Source: Vicugna vicugna
Taxonomy: Eukaryota
NCBI GenBank assembly: GCA_013265495.1
Contig: MU057403.1
Coordinates: forward strand, 186,001 to 220,295
Length of the DNA: 34,295 bases
Direction of reading: 5' to 3'
The notes under the pieces were generated by a model. The model saw only the letters and a list, made by a program, of their open reading frames with translations, did not search any database and had not been told where the DNA came from. Shown here in pieces: positions 24,843-34,295 of this stretch (the first letter of the stretch is position 1; every line of letters begins with the position of its first letter). The position numbers and the translations under genes were made by a program.

Positions 24843-27289
24843 CTTTTCTAAAATAGACATAACTTTTTTTTAAGTCTCTGAACACCAAAAGGTCTTGAGA
24901 ACCAGTCTCTCGCTTTTATACAGAGGCCTGCTGACACTCAGTAATTTAATATGCAATCCTTGTAAGAAACTGAGTCTAAAAGCAGCAGCAGACAGACAAT
25001 AACAGTAGTGAGAAGTAAAAACATGAAGCTAGAGTGTGAAACAATCAACAAAGTACAGCATGACCACAAGTTATCTCCAACAAAATGTTACATTTTGTTC
25101 AACAAGAAAATCTAGTATTTTAAATATGTAGATTTAAAATGCTGTAGAATATTATGAGGGAAAAATTGCTAAGGTAGGAAAACTTGAGGGAGAAGAATCA
25201 CTAAGCAGTACAATTTCAAAAGAAGACCATACTAAAAAAGAATGCATAAAACTCAAGGTGGCTTTGCTCAAAAACCAGGGGGGCATGTCATTATCAGTAG
25301 CTCAGAAAATAACGCGGACATTTGACCAGAACGTTTAATTGAACCATGATTCTAAAAGATAACTAAACATAAGGTCTTTGAGAAAACATTTAGGTAAGTT
25401 CCTTCTATATATTTATTCTAAGCATTTATCAACAATGAAAATAATTTTTAAAAATAGAAAATGACATGAGTGAAAAATGTAAACCATAACTTTGTTATTA
25501 AATATTTAAAGAGTGATATAGCAGGAAACTATAATTACTAGTACAGTTGGTAAGATGAGAAAAAGAAAACAGTGAGTTTACTGTATTAAAGAAATGAAAA
25601 TTTGACCAACTATACCAACGGATTTCATTTAGAAAATACTTAGCTTTTGAGGTTGCATAGTTTACCATACAGGACACTAATTTATCTTTTATAAACTTGA
25701 AGCTTGGAACTAGAGATATTTTTATGATGAATTATACATATGTCATATATTAAAACTGTATCAAAAAATGTTAGTGGTCTACTAAGCATTTTAAATTAAA
25801 AATAAAGAGTTATAGAAACAAAAGTTCTAGTAATTTTTAATATAGAGAAGGGAATCTCTTGAGCACATAAAAAGTGTTCCTCAGTGAGAAGGAGAGAAAG
25901 GTAACAGTGAAGGAGGACCCCGGTTAGAAAAGCCTGTACCATTACAGTAAGGACATACTACATACTACCTCAGTAGGTAAGTTTAGGGAACTGATATATT
26001 ATCCAACTGACTATGAGGTTTGTTGGCTATTTATGCTAGACAGTAATTGGGCTGAATTCTTCCATTTAGATGTCACTGGTTTATGTATGTACAAAAATTA
26101 TAAAGGAAAAAAACTGAAAAGCAAAATTTGCTTTAAATCATCTTCTACTTAAGTTAATTTAATAAATAATTCTGTTCCCTTTGAAGAGGGACAGCTATCT
26201 TTTAAAGACAGATTTTATGAAAGCACAACACAGACACTGGTTGCAGAACAAAACCACTGTGCTCTTAACTGGTCCTTTTCCCATTTCTGACCTTGCCATG
26301 TCATCTGAAGGACGGAAAACCCACTGGTTCCTTTTCAGTGGAATTTTTCCATCTGGTATTTTTATACCTATTAAGTGAAAACTGCATACTAATATAGCAT
26401 CAGTTTTAGGTATTCATCATTTGAATCTTTATAAAAGCCTAGTAGTGTGAATAGATTAAGAAAACTGCATATGCACTGTAATATGGGCAGCCTTTTTTGA
26501 CTTCATCATTCTTCGACTTCTACAGGGCAGAACACATCCTAGAGAATATGTCATTGATCTTAGAGCATGAAGTGTATCACAATAAAATGGGAAAATGATA
26601 CATCTGCCATTGGGCAAATTTACAAATTTATCAAAAGATAGAGAAAAACACAACATAACTTGAGAAAAAGTGTATCACTCAAACTAGAATATTCAAATTG
26701 GAATGGAAAAGACTACAATCGTTTGACAATGTTTATCAAAAACAACATATTAAAAAAATTTTAATGTAAGGTTTGAATTCAAATTTTAAAATTACTATTT
26801 GAGGGCAACATACCCTAAACTCAGGAAAACACAACACTAGGGTGAGACATATAAGTTGAAGATGGTGCTTTAAATTGAACCTACCTTGCCAAACATGGAA
26901 TCATTTGCCAAAAAGGAAAGAAACTACCTGATCACAACAGTCTCAGAAAATACAAATTAAACCTTCATTTATGATGTGAAATCTGTTAATAAATCAATCC
27001 ATCTAATATGATGCTCATCTCAGTTTTTCAGTTGTTTAAATAACGGTGTTAAGTAATAGTATAGCACAACTAGGGAAATTATAAATATTTAAGAAGATTA
27101 AAATGTCAGTAGGAAACACATTTCACATGGATTAAAAGAAAAGCATTCATTCAAAAATACTGAATAAGAAGTCAAAATAATTCTATTTAGAACTTTAAAA
27201 GAGAAAGATAGCAGCCCAAAAATCCAGTTGGAAAGGTAAGAATAAATATACAAACTGTTAAGCAAAGCCAGGAATATAGATTACTTTGA

Positions 27290-28359
27290 AACATCTACGT
27301 ACATCCATTTTAATGAAGAATTAAAAGATACAATGTGTTAAAGACATATTTAAAAGACTAAGACAGATAAGTCAAATTTTGTTTATATCCTAAATAATTA
27401 CAAGACAGTGAAAATGTAGTGTAATTCACGTTTTCTTTCCAGTTGAAAAACTTCTATCCATTGCCTCTATCTTTGGTGTCACTGCCACCAATAAACACAG
27501 TATACAGCTTAGAAACCCAATTACTACCTTCAACTAGGAAAAAGTAAATCAACATTATTTCTTTAAAAGTAAGATAAAAAGCATGTGGTCCCACTTACTT
27601 TTGTCTCATGGTCCCATGATATTCTGAAACATCATGCCTAAATGTAGACGTTTAAAAGGGAATAATATAATCATTTGCTATAATGGCACCAAAAATTTAG
27701 CTACTGTACACTGGTGTGATGACAGCTAGTCGTATGCAGAGGCTACAGGACGACATGATACACAGGAAGTGTTCAGTTTAATGGGAAACTGAAACAGGAA
27801 TAATATGACGGCTGCATGTCAATATGCTACAGCTTTGTCCTCTTGCAGTTTAAAAGGATAGTGTAATTACCTCAGATTTACACAAAACATCATGAAACAT
27901 GGTAGTTGTTCATGATTAAAATAAAATAGCAATGTAAATTAACTTAACAGTTAAATATATTCACATGATCACCACTGTGAGTCAAAATGGCCACTAGTGA
28001 AGTTACACAGCAATATATATGTACATAACATTTGCCACAACAGTGTTTGTAGGTTCGACTTTTTGCAGACCAGGTAATTTCACGAGACAAATAATCCTGC
28101 ATCAATTCTTTCATATCATGAAAGGAATTAAATGTTGTAAGTAGTTTCATTCCTCTGGGGGAAGGGGAGGGGGAGGGGGGAGACCCTCTAAAACATCAGT
28201 GCACATCGAAGAGAGTTCTACCTTCTGGAATATTGGAACTTGCTGACCAAGATTCGACTCTTATAAGCTGAGGATAAACAAATCTTAGGATTTTAAAGGA
28301 TCTCATAGTATTGTCATCGACATTTAGCAGGTGTTTGCCACAAAGAGGAATCCCAAGTC
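27290..28359 (-). other. STAM: STAM 3'UTR, proximal part; the true end is uncertain and may extend further
   Basis: Repeat-free AT-rich sequence after the stop codon. A candidate ATTAAA signal at 27314-27309 has an upstream UGUA and a downstream U/GU-rich tract. Confidence 0.7.
27309..27314 (-). terminator. Candidate poly(A) signal ATTAAA for STAM
   Basis: TTTAAT on the + strand. The minus context is CATTGTATCTTTTAATTCTTC-ATTAAA-ATGGATGTACGTAGATGTTTC, followed by TTTGCTT/GTTTGT elements. Confidence 0.5.
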
Positions 28360-28588
28360 CTACAGCAGAGCCTTCTGAGAATACGGTTGCTGTGGCGGGG
28401 GTGGCTGTTGACTGCCTCCTGGCTGAGACAGCACGGATGTTAAATTATAGTTTGGCACCTGGGATATGTTAGTTCCCGCATTCTGGTACAGAGTGACATC
28501 GGTGGCAGCAGCCGCAGCAGCAGGAGGAGGACTATACACTGCAGTCTGGCTGGGATAGGTACCTCCTTGAACGGAACTGACCATGGCG
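28360..28588 (-). CDS. STAM: STAM (signal transducing adaptor molecule 1, ESCRT-0), terminal coding exon; the gene is partial and upstream exons lie beyond the window end
   Basis: The translation (x)AMVSSVQGGTYPSQTAVYSPPPAAAAAATDVTLYQNAGTNISQVPNYNLTSVLSQPGGSQQPPPPQQPYSQKALL* matches the mammalian STAM1 C-terminus as I recall it (...QQPYSQKALL). The TAG stop is at 28362-28360. The exon starts after an AG acceptor with one leftover base (C|GCC|ATG), so the ORF-track Met at 28584 is internal. Confidence 0.95.
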
Positions 28589-28618
28589 CTGTGGAGGGGA
28601 AAAAAAAACTCAGTTAGG
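28589..28618 (-). promoter_or_regulatory. STAM: 3' splice site of the STAM last intron
   Basis: The minus strand reads CCTAACTGAG-TTTTTTTTT-CCCCTCCAC-AG|CGCCATG. CTAAC branch point at 28617-28613 (branch A 26 nt before the exon), polypyrimidine tract, and AG at 28590-28589. Confidence 0.9.
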
Positions 28619-28659
28619 TAACTGCTGACTCACATAGCCATTTAGAGAGAAACAGGAAA

Positions 28660-29875
28660 GCCACTCATTAACCATTCACTCATTCATGCAATCCATGCAC
28701 TAAATATGTATTAAATACCTGTAATGTGCCAAACACTATTATTTAGGCACTGGGATATCATAAAGAGAGAAGGGGAGCAGAGGCCTACCATCAAGGAGCT
28801 TACATTCTAATAAGGAGAAAAAAGACGATAAATATATAATATATCAAGAAGTAGTAACTGGTATGAAGAAATAACATATGGCAGGAGAACCAAGAGTTGC
28901 TGGGACAAGAGCTTCCTGTTTATCTAGGGTGGCAGGGGAAGGCCCCTCAGACACAGGAACGTACAAGCCAGGAGGGAGTGATACTGATTATCTAGGGGAA
29001 AAGGTGTTTCAGGCAAAGAGAACAGCAAGCCTTTGAGAAGAGAAAATGCCAGGCATGTTCAACAAACAGCAAGGAGGCCTTGATGGCTGAAGCAGAGTGA
29101 GCAGAGGTGAGAGTGGCACAGGATGGATGGGGAGAGGAGCCCTAGAATACATGGGCCGGGCAGGCTAGGATAAGGGTTCTGCTTGTGTTGGGGTGAGATG
29201 GAAAGACACACAAGAGTGATGTGATCTGGCCTGGCTTTAACAGTCTCACCCTGGACCTAGGGCAGAAGCAAGGAGACCTGACTGGAGGCTGCTGGAATGG
29301 TCCAGGTGAGAGCCATGGTAGAGAGCCGGGGAAGCGTCAGATTTTGAAGGGAATTCCATCACAGAACGCCTGAGGTAAAGCCTGAGAACTAAGTTACTGG
29401 TGGAGCTATTCACTGAAACAGAAGAGACCACAGATAAGGACCGCAGCAGATGTGGGGAGGGAGAATCCCAGTACAGTTTTGAACATGTCATATGAAGTAT
29501 CTAAGAGATTCCCAAGGAAAAGATAAGGAACAGGTGGTCAGCTATGCAAGTCTGAGTCCAGCAGAGGTGAGGACGAGGAGCATACCTCTCTGGGAGTCAT
29601 CAGCGTACACACAGCGTTCAGAGTCACGGGCCTCAATGAGATCCCCTAGGGAGTGACTGAACAGAGGGAAAAGCAGTCCATGTTTTGAGCAGGCAGATAA
29701 AGAAAGAGTAGGCAAAGAAGACTCAAGAGTGGCAATAAAGTAGAAGGAAAACAGCAAGGACGGGCACGGCCAAGTGAAAAAAAGGATTTCAAAAAGGAAG
29801 TGACCACGGGGTCTGGCCATGTGGAAATCACTGGTCCTTTAAGACCAGCTCTGGTGGACTAGGGAAGAAGAAAAC
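28660..29875 (-). mobile_element. Long L2 (L2a-like) fragment in the STAM intron
   Basis: Starts with the antisense L2 tail CATTCACTCATTCATGCAATCC...ATGTGCCAAACAC...GGAGCTTACATTCTA and continues with CAGGCAAAGAGAACAGC, GGTCCAGGTGAGAG and CTGGGAGTCATCAGC motifs. Confidence 0.85.
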
Positions 29876-29879
29876 CGGT

Positions 29880-30150
29880 AACCTCCTTTCTCTTACTTTC
29901 CTGAAAACAGAGAAGCAAATAAAAGAGACCTTCTCTCTACTCCCACCCAAACATCTATCAATTAACTACCTGTATCCACACCCCCGATGTATCCTGCTCT
30001 CCCTCCTGCTGTAACTGACCACCTGCCAGGCACCCTCCACGTGGGCACTGCTCCCACTCCACAGAAAAGAAGTCCTTCAGAGCTGTCTTCACTTATGTCT
30101 CTGCTACTTCTCATCCCACTCCCAACCTCATATTCGAGTTTTCACCATGT
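29880..30150 (+). mobile_element. L2 internal fragment
   Basis: TTACTTTCCTGAAAACAGAGAAGCAAATAAAAGAGACCTTC with a pyrimidine-rich L2-like body. Confidence 0.45.
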
Positions 30151-30561
30151 GGAAGATAGCAAGTTAACTACATAAAGAGAGACACTAAGAGCTTTAACAA
30201 TGAGATTCCCCTCCACGTTTCTATGCAAAACATAAAACAAGCTATACAAAGGGCAATTGCCTACAATTTTCAAAATACTGTCTATTTCTAAACTTTTCTT
30301 CAAGTGCTAGATTGTTTATCAATCAGATGTTGGTAAATTCAGTGCTTTTGTACTCTGCACAAATTAAACCAGTTCATTATTATAACAGACAGTCATTTAC
30401 TGCTACATTCCACCAACTAACGTAACCACTTAGGTAATGCTTAAAGGCAGCATCCACTATCAGTCCATAGGTGGTGTGTTGTGAGATATAAAGTATCACA
30501 AGAACTCAGATTTCATGCTGTTAGTCACACCATTAAGGGCCACAATAATGCTATTTATAAT

Positions 30562-30782
30562 GTTGAGACTAAGGGCCAAACTCTGGTGCCAAAATGCCTA
30601 GTTTTGTATCTTAGCTAAATGGGACCTTAGTCCTCCCTCCCTGTCTCAGTTTCCTCATCTGTAAAAGGGGGAAGACCGTGTACCTGCTTCATGGGTTACT
30701 GGAGTAAGCGAGTTAACACATGTAGACCACAGAGCATATGGCCTGGTGCTTACACGACATCCCATAAATGTTAGCTGTTACT
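30562..30782 (+). mobile_element. MIR SINE
   Basis: CTGTCTCAGTTTCCTCATCTGTAAAAGGGGG core and ATAAATGTTAGCTGTTA end. Confidence 0.85.
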
Positions 30783-30849
30783 CTAATCACTCCCACTCTG
30801 TGCTATACTCCTCTCAACTTACAGCCCTACCGCTCACCCAACCACGCAG

Positions 30850-31490
30850 GGGTAAAACCCAGCAATTGACTGAATATCTTTCTCTCATATCTCTGCTCTG
30901 CACTGTCTCCCCACCTTGTTACCTACAGTCATTTGCTAATGAAATAACTCTTTTCTCATTCCTATCCTGCAATTAGACACTCACCATTTCTGGCCTAATA
31001 TACGAGTCTCCAGGCTCCTACTCTAGTCCCTCTGATCCATCCATGGTACCACCACCAGAAGGTCTTTATGGGCTTTCCCAGACGAGACCCAAGCTCCTTA
31101 ACAAGTTATCCAGGACCATTCATTCAAGTCCAAGTGTATCTCTCACATCTCCCACCACAGACTTTAATCCTTCTGTCACGCTGTACTGTTGGTAATGCCC
31201 ACCACATACTATGTGTTTTCATTACTCCCCATGTTACTCATTCCAGGGGTACCATGCCATTCTACAGCATGTCATTTCAACAAAACATGAGAACCATGTC
31301 TTTGTTCATGAAAGAAAACCTTTTACTTTTTTCTTCCAGGCTAAGAATAACTTTGAGCATATTTTCTTGGAAATCTTCCCTGAATCCCCTGAGACTCCTA
31401 AAACATAGCTTCATTTGTAATTTATGTTGTAATTTTATATTTTGTGTGTATTTGCCTCTACTAGCCAGTAAGCACCTTGAGGCCAAGAAA
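30850..31490 (+). mobile_element. Degenerate L2 fragment
   Basis: CCATCCATGGTACCACCACCAGAAGGTCTTT...TTCTTGGAAATCTTCCCTGA...GTAAGCACCTTGAGG. Confidence 0.5.
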
Positions 31491-31939
31491 CTCTAAATCA
31501 ATGGTCAACTAATGTTTGACCAGGGAGCCAAGAATATTCAATGGGGAAAGAATAGTCTCCTCAATAAATGGTGTTGGGAGAACTGGACAACCACATGCAG
31601 AAGAATGAGAAAGGACCCCTGTCTTACACACATCACTCACAAAAATGAACCTGAAATGGATTAAAGACTTAAATAGACCTGAAACTGTAAAACTCATAGA
31701 AGAAAAAAATAGAGTAAAAAGGTCATTCACATTGGCCTCACTGTAATTCCCTGGATATGACAGCAAAAGCAAAAATCAGTAAGTGGCACTACATCAAACC
31801 AAAATGCTTCTGCACAGCAAAGAAGACCATCAACAAAATGAAAACGGAGAATCTACAAAATGGGAGAAAATATTTGCCAATCACATAATCTGATAAGGAG
31901 TAAACATCTGAAATACACAGAGAACTCATATAACTCAAA

Positions 31940-31942
<3 letters not shown>

Positions 31943-31973
<31 letters not shown>
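31943..31973 (+). repeat. Poly(A)31 run
   Basis: Direct count. Confidence 0.95.
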
Positions 31974-31975
<2 letters not shown>

Positions 31976-32005
31976 CAAAAAAAACAGACACAAGACATCA
32001 AAGAA

Positions 32006-32171
32006 NNNNNNNNNNNNNNNNNNNNNNNNNNNNNNNNNNNNNNNNNNNNNNNNNNNNNNNNNNNNNNNNNNNNNNNNNNNNNNNNNNNNNNNNNNNNNNN
32101 NNNNNNNNNNNNNNNNNNNNNNNNNNNNNNNNNNNNNNNNNNNNNNNNNNNNNNNNNNNNNNNNNNNNNNN
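32006..32171. other. Assembly gap (166 N)
   Basis: Run of N. Confidence 1.
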
Positions 32172-32212
<41 letters not shown>

Positions 32213-32226
32213 CTCTCTCTCTCTCT
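32172..32226. repeat. Compound microsatellite: at least (AC)19, then (CT)n
   Basis: Direct reading; truncated on the left by the gap. Confidence 0.97.
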
Positions 32227-32844
32227 GAATATTATTTAGCCTTGAGAATGAAGAAAACTCTGCCCTTGTGACAGAGAAAGACACTGTATGATCTCATTTA
32301 TATCTAAAGCATCAAACTTGGACAAACAAAAAAAATCCCCTTAATAGAAACAAAATGAAATAACTGACAAATAAGTACACAGTGTTGGTCACCGAAGCAT
32401 TATCATTGTCGCCACCACTCAGGATAGGTAAACCAATACCACCTTCCCCAGTTATCAGTAAGATCATCCTAGGGTGACAGAAGTCTGGAAAAGTGATAAC
32501 CCTAAAATCAAAATTCAATGTAAAAGAATAAGAAATTGCCTCCTAGGTAATGAACTGAGGAACACTAAAAAACCTGCCTATCAAAAATGGAGGAAAAATT
32601 CCTCATCGACCTTGATTTACTGTTAGAAAGCTTGAATCAAGTATGTCGTATGCTCTGTTTTGCCATCAATTTTCTCATTCAGACACACACACAAACTGTT
32701 CTTATGCATTTGTAAATATATATGTTACACATTTATGTATCTTTTTAAAAAATTGCCTCAAAGCCTTCGTCAAGCCTTTTCAAGGAATTAAAGTATGTAT
32801 CTCCTTGGCCTAACACAGTCCTTGAAATTCCCATCAACACTTGA

Positions 32845-32975
32845 ACATTTACTTATCAAATATTTACTTAGTTCCTACCCAGTGTAAGGCTCTGTGCTAC
32901 ACAGTGCGGCTATAAAGATGGAAGATTCAGCTCCAGCTCTCAAGAGATGAGAGCTCAGTGGGGAGAAGACTACGA
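32845..32975 (-). mobile_element. L2 3' fragment
   Basis: CATTTACTTATCAAATATTTACTTAGTTCCTAC...AGGCTCTGTGCTA...ATAAAGATGGAAG...GCTCTCAAG. Confidence 0.6.
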
Positions 32976-34295
32976 GACTAAATGGTGTCCCTGGGTCCTG
33001 CGACAGCAACTGAGAAGGAAGGGGTGGAAGGCAAGAGAGGTACCGGCGTTCTAGTCCAGACGAAGCTAAGAACTGAAGAATAAGGAGGAAACAGCCAAGC
33101 AAAGAGGGTGAAATATCCCAAGGAAATGCTCAATGAAAAGCATCCATTGAAATGTACATGCATTTCTCAAGAGGTGACATTTATAGCCCAGTATGTCAGC
33201 AGAGCCGGGCCCTGGACTACAGCGCAGGTCCTGCGCCGGGGATCCACATCCAGCCTGCAGAGGTGGACTGAGCAACGCCCAGCAAACAGCAACAGGGCGC
33301 TTGGGCTCTGTAGCACAACGTGGTTTAAGCACCTACCAACAGATGATCTCACTTCCAAGGACAATGGCTCAAGGCCCTGAACTAAGACAAGTCACCTCCA
33401 GTAACAAGACAGCTGAAGCAGCGTGTGATTCAGCAACAGAGGATGAGCTGGGGAAGAGGCGGCCTTTCCGGCTGATACTAACGTATCTGAGGGGTTCCTA
33501 CGTTACTCGTGCACACTGGCTAACTTCTCAGCAATGCCTCCTTCTGCTCACTCTGGTCTCATTTTACAGCAGCATGTTACGCTCTCAATAGCTGCTCCCT
33601 GCCGATTTCCATCTTTCCACTCATTTTCACCAAACTGCAACTTAAAAAAATTTTTTTTAATTCCCAGGACAGACAGAAAGAGCTACACCTAACATTTTCT
33701 CCTGAGCTCTGTAACCCAGTAGGGGGTGCTCTTTTGTTTTTTTTGTTGTTGTTGTTTGATGCCTGTAAGAGGCTTCCCCACTACCCTACATAAGGTCACC
33801 TCAGAATACTGGATGTGACTACAAAAACACGTTTGAAAATCCCCAAGCATCCCTAGAGTGTGACTTTTTCGAGGATGAACAAGACAACAGTGTGGGCAGT
33901 AGAGGAGGAGCATTCTGGGCAACTCCAACATTGATGGAAAGCTTCCTAGAAACTGTGCCTGTGCCACCAAGAAACCTCTGTTGCAAGTCAGAATGTCATG
34001 ACTTCTGGAATTACACACTGATGAACTCTTAAGCCTATCTTTTATTCGACTCAAAGAAATGACTTCAGCTTAGATGTCCACTGAAGTAGAAAAGGCATTT
34101 ACATAATTATGAGTAACACAATGTATAAATATAATCATTTACAAGACAAGGGCATCACAAGTAAATGACCAAAACAACTGGCCTGGCATTTCACATTCAG
34201 CGACTCGTCCCATGAACCACAGGGACAGAGAGCTTCCCGTCCTGTCTCTTTGCAAATGGTTTACCTTGCTGTGATATACACTACATCCCCACACA

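Larger units (their letters stand above)
31495..32350 (+). mobile_element. L1 ORF2 3' fragment spanning an assembly gap
   Basis: ATGGTCAACTAATGTTTGACCAGGGAGCCAAGAATATTCAATGGGGAAAG...AATAAATGGTGTTGGGAGAACTGG (GQLMFDQGAKNIQWGK...NKWCWENW). After the gap the sequence resumes with GAATATTATTTAGCCTT. Confidence 0.85.
28589..34295 (-). other. STAM: STAM last intron (partial)
   Basis: Lies upstream of the acceptor and is repeat-rich. I recognised no STAM-like coding exon before the window end. Confidence 0.8.

Noticed and set aside
31789..32284. ORFs with poly-K, poly-F, CV and TH repeats
   Set aside because: Artefacts of the poly(A) run, the N gap and the microsatellite.
33193..33591. 132-aa ORF antisense to the STAM intron
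   Set aside because: No recognisable homology; the GC-rich patch lowers stop-codon frequency.
34258..34295. Minus-strand donor-like CAGCAAG|GTAAAC as the end of the previous STAM exon
   Set aside because: The upstream bases do not translate to the STAM sequence I expect there (...QAAYPN); at most a cryptic site.
1..34295. Prokaryotic-type systems (CRISPR arrays, operons) and tRNA/rRNA genes
   Set aside because: No regularly spaced repeat-spacer array, gene-dense ORFs or RNA-gene signatures were seen; the window is mammalian intronic and intergenic DNA.

Overview
Mammalian genomic DNA, probably from a camelid: the young L1 3' ends resemble camelid L1 as I recall it, and I saw no Bov-tA, PRE-1, Alu or CAN SINEs. 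The only protein-coding sequence I can support is the last exon of STAM (ESCRT-0 subunit STAM1) on the minus strand, 28588->28360, ending ...QQPYSQKALL*. It has a clear branch point, polypyrimidine tract and AG acceptor, and is followed by an AT-rich 3'UTR. Bases 28589-34295 are STAM intron containing L2, MIR, L1 and a 166-N gap. The rest is downstream intergenic DNA made up largely of interspersed repeats: several L1 3' fragments with visible target-site duplications (TSDs), a 7-kb nested L1 cluster (7190-14335), MER21-, MLT1A- and LTR33-like LTRs, L2, MIR and hAT fragments. Nearly all ORF-track entries are spurious or decayed L1. I found no convincing new biological system. The most unusual structure is a TSD-bounded 3.3-kb L1 with several internal inversions (9076-12402). 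The other findings are regulatory hypotheses. Repeat family names come from my memory of consensus sequences and need RepeatMasker/Dfam confirmation.
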